Shown here: positions 14,058 to 25,200 of the stretch, piece by piece | Numbering within the stretch: position 1 is the first letter of the stretch | How the letters are laid out: each line of letters starts with the position of its first letter | Assembly (NCBI RefSeq): GCF_006345805.1 | Contig: NC_043001.1 | Coordinates: forward strand, 67,642,001-67,706,000 | From: Octopus sinensis | Taxonomy: Eukaryota | DNA: 64,000 nt | Direction: 5' to 3' | The notes under the pieces: model-generated | Told to the model about the DNA's origin: nothing | Databases searched by the model: none | The model's input: only the letters and a program-made list of their open reading frames with translations | Position numbers and translations under genes: made by a program

Positions 14058-14119
14058 GCACATATATATAATATATATATATATATATATTATACTTATA
14101 ATATATATATTATATAATC

Positions 14120-14188
<69 letters not shown>

Positions 14189-14204
14189 TATATACATATA
14201 CTAT

Positions 14205-14238
<34 letters not shown>

Positions 14239-14354
14239 ATATACATATACATATATATATATATAATACATATATATATACATATATATATATACATATA
14301 TACTATATTATATATACATATATATATACATATATATATACATATATATCATAT

Positions 14355-15332
14355 AATTAAGGGCTAAAGAGGGTTATTCTAAGCAAATACATATTATATC
14401 CACTTATATCCACTTGTATACAGGAATATTGAAACTGAAACGGCAACTAACCTTTAGAAAATTTAAATTTCGTTCTCTATATATGAATCATTTCGGATTA
14501 TCTATAAAAATATTATTCTTCTTCGTATATATATTTCGATGGGATATATATAAATACTCACGTATGATCATGGAAATAGCACATATAAAACACAACTACA
14601 CTTGAGTACATCACTATTCAATATAGAGATAACGAATTTAAATTTTCTAAAGGTTATTGCCCGTTTTCAGTTCATTTTCTGTACAAGCGATTATATGGAT
14701 AAACAGTATATTTGGCCTTAGAATAACCCTCTTTAGCCTTAATTAATTGATCTATATTGCAACCGTACGGTTTTTTTAACTATACTGCCCACTATATCCT
14801 GATGATTCCTTTGCTGTAGAGTAGGGACTTCATCTATATTGCTAGTAAGTAAACTCCGATGCTTTGCTTACATAGGACTGGTAACCATTACATTTGTATC
14901 GGCGAAAGGTCTGGGACGTTGTTTTCTGGGCTGACCAAGATTTTTATTTTTAGTATAAGTGATGTACTCAAGTATAGTGTGTTTTTAGCTCTTGTTCTTT
15001 TTCCATGATCATACGTGAAGTATTTTATTTATATCCCATCGAAAGTTCTACTGAAGAAGGAATATATCTTTTTATAAGATAAGTCCGATATTGATTCAAT
15101 ATAGAGATAACATATTTATATATTCTAAAGGTTAGTTGCCCGTTTCAGTTTCAATTTTCCTGTTTAACAAGGGATTATAAGTGGATAAACAGTGTATTGG
15201 CTTTAGAATAACTCTTTAGCCTTAATTATATGATATATTGCATCAACCGTAACGGTTTTTTTTAAATATCTGCCCCACGCTTCCTATGAATTCCTTTTGC
15301 TGTATATAAGGGATTCATCCTATATTGCTTAG

Positions 15333-15335
<3 letters not shown>
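14355..15335. repeat. Fold-back island: long inverted repeats plus a direct duplication
   Basis: aattaagggctaaagagggttattctaag (14355) is inverted at ~14618-14745 and again at ~14955-15225; block 14618-14850 is directly repeated at 15098-15335. Confidence 0.85.
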
Positions 15336-15376
<41 letters not shown>

Positions 15377-15638
15377 TATACATATATACATATATAATAT
15401 ATACATATATATATATATCCCTATTATATCCTATATATTATATATATATTAACATATACATATATATATACATCTACATATATATATACATATATATTCT
15501 AATACATATACCTATATATATACAACATATAATATATAATATATATATATATACATATATATATCCATATACTATATTAATCATATATATAATATACTAT
15601 ATATATATATCCTATATATATATATATATACATATATC

Positions 15639-15672
<34 letters not shown>

Positions 15673-15915
15673 ACATATATATATATATATATATACATAT
15701 ATATAATATACATATTCTATATATATATAACTATCTATATATCTATATATACCATATATATATCTATATACATATATATAATATATCTATACATATATAT
15801 ATATATCTACATATATATATATATATACCTATCCCATTATATACTATACTATATATATATATATACACTATATATCTATATATTACATATATATATATAT
15901 ATATAACATATATAA

Positions 15916-15950
<35 letters not shown>

Positions 15951-16115
15951 TATATATATATTATCTATATCTATACATATATATATATATATACATATAT
16001 ATCTATATATATATACTATATATATATCTATATCTAATATATCTATATATATACATATATATATAATATATATATACATATATATATATACATATATTAT
16101 ATATCTATATTATAC

Positions 16116-16146
<31 letters not shown>

Positions 16147-16908
16147 CATATATCTATATATATATATACATATATATCTATATATATATAACCTATATTA
16201 TATATAATACATGATATATATATATATACATATATATAATATATATATACATCTATATACTATATACATATATATATATATCTCTATACATATATATATA
16301 TATACTATATATATATATATATATACATATTATATATATATATACATATATATATATATCTCTATATATATATATATACCATATATATATATATATCCAT
16401 AATTATATATATATCTATATATATATAGATCACATATATATACATATATATATATACATATATATATATATACATATATATTACATATATATCATATACC
16501 TATATATATATATACATATATATATATACATATATATATATACTATATATATATACTCCATATATATATATATACATATATCATATATATACATATATAT
16601 TATACATAAAAATAATTATACATATATACATATTATATATACATATATATAATATACATATATATACATATATATATATACATATATATTATATTACATA
16701 TATATATATACATATATATATATAACATATATATAACATATATATTACATATATATATATACATATATATATAATATTATATATACATATATATATAATC
16801 TATATATACATATATCTATACATATATATACTATATATATACATATAATATATATATACATTATATATTATATATACATAGATTACATATATACATATAT
16901 AGATAACA

Positions 16909-16940
<32 letters not shown>

Positions 16941-17003
16941 ATAACATATATATATCTACATATAATATATCTATATCATATATATAATATACATAGATAT
17001 ATC

Positions 17004-17034
<31 letters not shown>

Positions 17035-17676
17035 ATACATACATACATATATTATATTATACATACATACATATATATATATATATTATCATACATACAT
17101 AATATATATATATATATATATACATACATATATATATATATACATACATACATATATAACATACATATATATATATATACATACATATATATATATATAT
17201 TACATACATATATATATATACCTATATACAATATATACATACTATATATATATATATACATACATATATATATATATATATACATACATACATATATATA
17301 TATATATACATACATACATATATATATTATATACATATACATATATATATATATAGATACATAATACATATATATATATATATTATACATACATACATAT
17401 ATAATACATACTATATATATATATATAATACATACATAATTATATATACATACATATATATATATAATATATCCAATATATATATATATACATTCATATA
17501 TTATATATATATATATACATACATATATATAATACATACATATATATATATATATAATATATAATATATATATATACATATATATATATAATATATATAT
17601 AAGCTATATATACATATATATAACCTATATATAGATATTATATATATATATATATATATATACATACATATATATA

Positions 17677-17732
17677 TCATCAATCATCATCATCATCATC
17701 AATTAACGTCCGCTTTCCATGCTAGCATGGGT
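17677..17732 (-). mobile_element. Isolated RTE/SINE 3' tail inside the TA tract
   Basis: catcaatcatcatcatcatcatcaattaacgtccgctttccatgctagcatgggtt flanked by TA runs. Confidence 0.85.
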
Positions 17733-17788
<56 letters not shown>

Positions 17789-19217
17789 CATACATACATA
17801 TATTATATATATATATACATACATTATATACATATATATATACTACATATATATACATATATATATACATACATATATATACATATATATATATATAATA
17901 TATATTACATACATATATATATTATATATATAATATACATACATTATATATATATATATATATACATACATATATATACATATATATATTACATACATCA
18001 TATAATATATACATACATATATATACATATATATACTATATATACATATATATACATATATATAATACTACATATATATATACATACATAATATATATAT
18101 ATACATATATATAACATATATATACATATATATATATACATCATATATACATATATATATATACATCATATATACATATATATATATACATACATATATA
18201 TACATATATATATACATACATATATATACATATATATATACATACATATATATACATATATATACATACATATATATATATATATACATACATATATATA
18301 TATATATATATACATACATATATATATATACATACTATATATATATATATACATACATACATATATATATACATACATATATATATATACAATACTATAT
18401 ATATATACATACATACATATATATAATACATACATATATATATATACATACATATATATATATACATATACATATATATATATATATACATACATACATA
18501 TATATATACATAACATACTATATATATATATACATATATATATATATACATATATATATATACATAATATATACAATATATATACATATTATAACATATA
18601 TATATATATATATACACCATATACATATATATACACATATACTACATATATACACATATACATATATATACACATTACATATATATATATATATACACAT
18701 ATACATATACACATATATATATATACCCATATACATATACACAAATATATATATACACATATACATATATATATATATATACACACACATATATACATAT
18801 ATATATACACATATACATATATATACACATACACATATATATATATATACACATATATATATATACACATATACATATATATATATATATACATAGCTAC
18901 ATCTAAAGCTATGCATTATGTATAAGTTAAGATTTTCAAATGTATTGGTCTATTTTATAGATGGAAGAAAATAAATTTAATGTAAATGTGTTGACATCCC
19001 AATCCATTGTGAATAATGAAAGTGTAGACACAGACTATATCTATTATATTAAACTAGTAGTCTTAATCCACTCGGTTTGTATTATCTAGCAACGACTATT
19101 TGAAAAATGAATATATGGAGTTGGGGTTCAAATGGATATGTATATAAAAAATAGAGAATTGTTGAAAATAAGCTGTTCTCTGTCATGTAGGGTCTAAATT
19201 CCAAATGATGCATACAG

Positions 19218-19231
19218 CTATTCAGGCAGAT
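19218..19231 (-). CDS. RBBP5: RBBP5 predicted last coding exon ((D)LPE*) followed by 3' UTR
   Basis: Strong acceptor ttttgatttttaccctcatttttttgcag|ATCTGCCTGAATAG; phase 1 fits exon 15; ATTAAA poly(A)-like signal on the minus strand at 18976-18981. Confidence 0.6.
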
Positions 19232-22200
19232 CTGCAAAAAAATGAGGGTAAAAATCAAAAGAGATTTTATTAAAAACAAAAAATATAACGAGTTAAAATG
19301 TTTATATTTGAATTTCTAATAAATTCTATCTACATTACAGCAGAATGTCTTAATTCGTTACGTCATATTATTCAATGTATTTAAGATTTTGAACATATAT
19401 TTTTCTTGTATTAGAGATTTCAACAATAAAAATTTCTTGTTTTAACCGAGTTACTTCCCTTGCCCACGACATCTGGTACCTTGTTTGCGTTAATGGTATC
19501 TGTACTCTATATGACTTTCTTTGATTATGCCTCAAAGGAACAAGGAATCACTTTAAGACATGACACTGAATAAACTTGCCAACCAATAGCGTAGGGACCA
19601 TCCAACTGGTTTCAGTGCAGTTAAGGTCAACCTAATTTCACTGGTAAATTACTTGGGGAAACTGAGACTATGGTCAATGAAATTTGCCTTCTAGTGAGAC
19701 TGAACCCAGAACCACCTGATTGCAAATGAATTACTTAAATTCACACACTTTAGTAACGTAGTGCAGGATTGTAATTTGTCAATATACAAACCTTCTGGTC
19801 ATTCAACAGTGGAGAAAATAGCCAAATGACTGCAACAAGAGGCAACCTATATAACACAAGATATAAATGGAAGATTCCTCAATAGAATAGAAGCCACAAC
19901 TTAACTTCAGACCGTTTGGAAACATTTCAAAGTCATAACTTGACACTGTCTCATATTTAATTTCATTCATATTGCCCCACCACAACCAAATTCACCTAAC
20001 TGAAAGGGCAGTGGGATCTTAAATTGTAAATTTAAAAACAAAATCGTCCTTACCGATGTTGATGGATAAGAGGGTTTTGGTCCGATTTAAATAATTGGTC
20101 AACAACCAGAAATGAGAGCCTAGACATCATCGTTGGTATACCTCATCTTCCGTCCTGAAAAAAAAAAAAATTTACAAACATTTTTCAGGGAATAGTTCTG
20201 GAATAAAAAAATGATTTATTGTCATCATCACCATCATTTAACATTTGCTTTCAATGCTGGCATGGGTTGGACAGTTTGACAGGAGCTGACCAGGTTCCAA
20301 TTGTCTGTTTTGGCATGGTTTCTGCAGCTCTATGTCTTTCTTAATGCCAACCACTTCACTGAGTACTCTGGGTACATTTAACGTGGCACCAGCACAAATG
20401 TTTTTTTATGTAGCACCAGTACTTGCGAGCCATCAAGAGAAAGACCTCTCAGCTGAGAGAGAGGCAAAGAGGATATCCTGCTAGCACTGTCCAACCCATG
20501 CTGCATGGAAAACAAATGTTAATTGATGATGATGTTAGGACAGCCACAGTTTTACATAGCTTGATGCAGCTTCTCAAGTACAGCAAACTGCTAGAAGTCT
20601 TGATCCCTTGTCATCCCCTCAACAAGCCTAACATCTGAAGTTCCTTTTTCACTACTTTGTCCCATGTCTTCTTGAGTCTACCCCAGCCACAGGTTCCTTT
20701 CACAATAAGAGATTGGCACTTCTTTATGCAGCTGTCCTCATTCATATACATCACATAATCATGCCAGTGCAGTCTTCTCTCTTGCACACTTATACCCAAT
20801 TTTTCTCATAAATCATTTGCATTAACATTACCTGTTCATGCTGGTTTCATTTCTTTCAAGCCTTCATATAGCCTCTGTAGTCACAGCCCATGTTTCACTG
20901 CCATGTAGCATAGCTGTATGTACACAGGTATCATACAATCTACCTTTCACTCTTAGGGAGAAGCCCTAACCCTATGTCACAACAAAGACTGTGGCTCTCT
21001 GAACTTTGCCCAGATTGTTCTTATTCTAGCAACTATGCTTTCAGGACTTCCTCCTCCTCTGCTAACTTGGTTGCTATCAAGTATTTCTCTCCCCGCTACC
21101 CAGCTCCGACATTTGAAGCAGTCTATGCTCTATACAGTTTTAGTGTTTATTGTTCCTGCACATCTGCCACACACAAAGTCTACTTTTTCTGTTAACCTTC
21201 TCTGATACTGATGCACCTCTTAGGTGTCCATAGCTTGTATTGGGTACAATGTATAGGGTTTCTACCATTACTTTTCCTACAAATCACTGAAGGGATTTGA
21301 GATTTGTCCATTTTCCTACTTACAAGGACTTTGGTCTGAGCTAAATTAACTCTAAGGCTCTTAGATTTCAGACTTTGCTACCACACTTAAAATTTCCACA
21401 CTAGTTCTGGTAGTGATTCAGCTATAAGGTCATCAGTGTACAGGAGCTCCCTAGGGCAGCCAGTTTGAAATTCCTGTTATGGCCTGGAGAACTATGATGA
21501 ACAAGAGAGGACTGAGAACTGATCCTTGGTGAGCTATTTGTACACTAAATTCATTGCTATACTCACTGCCAACTATCACCTTGCTGATAGCATCCTTGTA
21601 CATGGCTTGTAGTGCTCACGCCAACCACTCTATTCCTAACTTCTGCATAGACCACCAGATGAGGGAGGGGGGACTGTCAAAGGCTCTCTTTAGGTCTACA
21701 AAAAGTCATGTACAGAAGTTTATTCTTCGCTAAATGCTTCTCCAGCAGTTGCCTTACCAGGAAGATAGTATCAGTAATGCTTTTTTCTGGCAGAAAACCA
21801 AACTGCATCTCATCCAAGCTAACTCTCTTCTTAATTAGCAGAGCCATGATCATCTCTGTAACCTTCATGACCTGGTCCAACGATTTGATACCTCTGTAAT
21901 TATTTCTGTCTAAGGCATCACTTTTGCCTTTATAGCAGTTGACTAGAGTGCTGCCAGACCAGTTGTTGGGTATGACTCCCACATGGAGAAACTTATTAAT
22001 TATACAAGTAACAAGGCTATATCTCACTCTGCCAGATATTTTAAGCATCTCAGCAATGACTCCTCAAGGGCCAGGAGCTTTCCCTGTCTTCATATCCTTA
22101 ATTGCTTTATCTACTAAGTTACTGTTGATTTGGATAGCTGGTCCCTGTTGGGCCCACATTAGGAAAACTCTCCTCCTATGCATTCTCTTTTGCAAAATCA

Positions 22201-25200
22201 CTAACTGCAAAAATCAATCATCAATGCAAACAATTCTCTCCTACAACTTCACAATTTTTTCCATTACACTGTCTTGCAATCCAAAACACCTCAATCTGCA
22301 GGTCCTTACATCACAGAACAATGGCAAATTTCTTCCTTTCTGCTCCTCCCCTGGCTAAATATACCAGTCTTCTAGCTGATATAGTTCCCTGCTACCACCA
22401 CTCTTCCAGTCCTTCCAAGTCCATTTCTTCATTCTAATGGCCGTCACCAGCCACAAAGAGAAGGTCTCTGTCATTTGTCGATGCAATAGTCAGCAAGAGG
22501 ATGTCATAAAATCGGTCTCTCTGTCCATCGGGTAGCCCTGGCTGAGGGGCATAGACCGAGATAATGGTTGCTAACCCATAATGTAGCACTAATCTAATAT
22601 TAAGTATTCTATCGCAGACTTTGACTACCTTGATTACCTTATCAACCCATTTCTCTGCAAGAGGTATACCCATGCCCCTGTCAGTGTTCCCTGCCCAGAA
22701 GATCTTGTATCTATGTTCTTTGCCTGTGAGGAACCTAGCAGAACCTCCTCTCCACCTTACTTCTTGGATGCAGCACAAATCTACACGTCTCCGTTCAAGC
22801 ATCTCAACAATCTCACCAGACCTACCTTTCAGTGTGCCCATGTTGAGTGTGCCAACCCTGAGAGTGTGGGAGGTGTGGGCCCGTCTGACCCTGGGATGGG
22901 GGACAGTAGTGTCATGTACTTGAAAAGAAAGCTCGCATTTGGCAGAATTCATAAACAAACAACAGCCTTCAACCTGCATACACTACACCATTTTTATGCG
23001 CCATATGATCACAACCTTACATAGGAGATAGACCCAAAGTAGTGGGTCTAAACAAACTTAAGTTCACACAAATACCCTTATCTATTTACTTTTGTCACAT
23101 CATCAATTATTCATTTTTCTAATTTTGTCACAGATTGGCTGACTGAAAATTCTAAGAGTTTTAAATTCTATCTACTATTAATATGCTATTCCTAACACCG
23201 GTATTGCTGTTTTGCGGTTCGCACAAACTCCCACCACCAGTACCGGAAGTCCCTATCCTCTGACAGCCTTCAGTTGTCTACCATGAACATTTCTGAAGGC
23301 TTAATGTGTGAACTTAAGTTTGTTTTTAAGACGGAAGATGAAAACTACGTTTACAGAACTAAAAGGGGACTATGATGTGCACTGAAATACAGGTGATAAA
23401 TGTACTGAGTTGAAAAAACACAAGATTTCTTATCTGAACAACATCTTCTGGGTTTGTATTATTTTGGCGGGGTTATTGAAATATAATAGGAATCCGAGAG
23501 AGCAGGTTTATATAGAGTGGGATGGAGGAGGTAAGTGATTGCAGAAGCAAGTGGTTATCAAAACAGGGGGAGAGAGAGACAATGCTGGTGTTAGGATAGA
23601 GAGCGAGGGGGAGAGAGATAATTCTTTTAGGATTTTTGCGAAACATAATTTTAATGGAACAGCGAATTAATAGTAGATATAATGTAAAAATCTTAGAATT
23701 TTTCAGTCAGCCAATCTGTGACAAAATTAGAGAAATGAATAATTGATGACGTGACAAAAGTAAATAGACACATGAATAAGTGACGATAAGAGTAATTCAG
23801 CTTACCAATATTTTCCTTCTGATCTGATTCACTGTTCTCTTTGTGTTTACCAGAATGTTTGTCTTTACCTCGATTTTTATCAGGTTTTCCCTGCCGTTGT
23901 TTTGAACGACTACCTTTTTTCTGTTGCGATTTATCTTGGGGTTTCTTCACATTTAAGAAGGGATGAATCTCTGCAAGCAAGAAAAAGACAAAGATAGAAT
24001 ATGTTGTGTGTGTATGTGTATATATGTATATATAAGACAGCCAGTGATATGTTTTAATAGAATTTGATACTTTGATTTTAATTATTGATGGTGTTTATTT
24101 AGAAGGTAACACGATGAATAATAATTTATCTCAACAGGAAAAGAAAGCTAATGGTTTCAAATTTTGGCAAAAGGTCAATAATTTTAAGGGAAGGGGATAG
24201 TTAATTACACTGACCCAGTACTTGACTGGTACTTTATTTTATTGGTTCTGAAAGGATGAAGCAAAGTTGACATTGGCAGAATTTGAACTTCTAACATAAT
24301 GAGCTGGAAGAAATACTGCTAAGTATTTTGTGTGATCTACCAATGATTCCGCCAGCTCATCATCTTAAGAATAATTCTAATTTTGGGACATAGCCAGCAA
24401 TTTTGAGGGGAGCAAGTAAACCTATTACATCAACCCCTGTGCTCAACTGGTACTTATTTTATTGAAAATTGGACCTTGGCAGAATTTGGACTCGTAAGAA
24501 GCTGGAAGAAATACCGCAAAACATTTTGTCTGATGGGCTAACGAATCTGTCAGCTTGCCACCATAACAATACTTTTCTTCTTTGGGGGTGGGGACAAGTT
24601 GATTATATCAACCCCAAAAGGATGAAAGGCATTTGAACTTAGAACATATTGGATTAGAAGCATCTTTTCTGATGTGCTGGCAACTCTCCAGCTAGTCAGC
24701 TTCTTAATAATAATAATAATCATACACCACCTTAATGGTTCAGAGGTTAGTGCATAGCTTCTTAAAGTGGGTGATTTCAACTTACAGGTAGGTAATGGGC
24801 GAATTTCTAGAAAATGGTGGGCAATTTGAGATTTTGGTAGATGATATGAACGTTTTGTGGGTGACAATGAATTTTTAGAAATTAAGTCTGCATTTACTGA
24901 TACCTAAGCATGCCTACAATAAGGGTGCACTTTTATTCATTTGACTACTCGCATGAGAAGTCCCTTTGTATTAAAAATGTGGACTTATTTATCAATCAAA
25001 TATTTTGTCGCAGTTATTGAGATTGTTGTCATGCATGCTAAAAATAGCAGCCAAATAGGCCTAGGCCTTAAATCACATTTAACCACAATTTTTTTTTTTG
25101 AAGTCCTGCGTGTAGAATTCAAATTTGCAAAAATTTCCTGAAAACTTTGAAAAACAAAGAAGTTATGAGGGGTTATATGTTGTGCAAATCAAAACACAAG

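Larger units (their letters stand above)
9955..18895. repeat. ~9 kb degenerate (TA)n/(TACA)n/(TACACA)n simple-repeat tract with embedded islands
   Basis: Directly visible. C-rich on the plus strand except ~13010-13560, where it is G-rich (TATG). Confidence 0.98.

Noticed and set aside
10111-18916. Dozens of long Y/I/M/C/V-rich ORFs in the ORF track
   Set aside because: They are translations of (TA)n/(TACA)n, which lack stops in some frames; no coding signal.
21939-23024. Plus-strand ORFs of 100-139 aa
   Set aside because: Antisense shadows of the RTE ORF on the minus strand.
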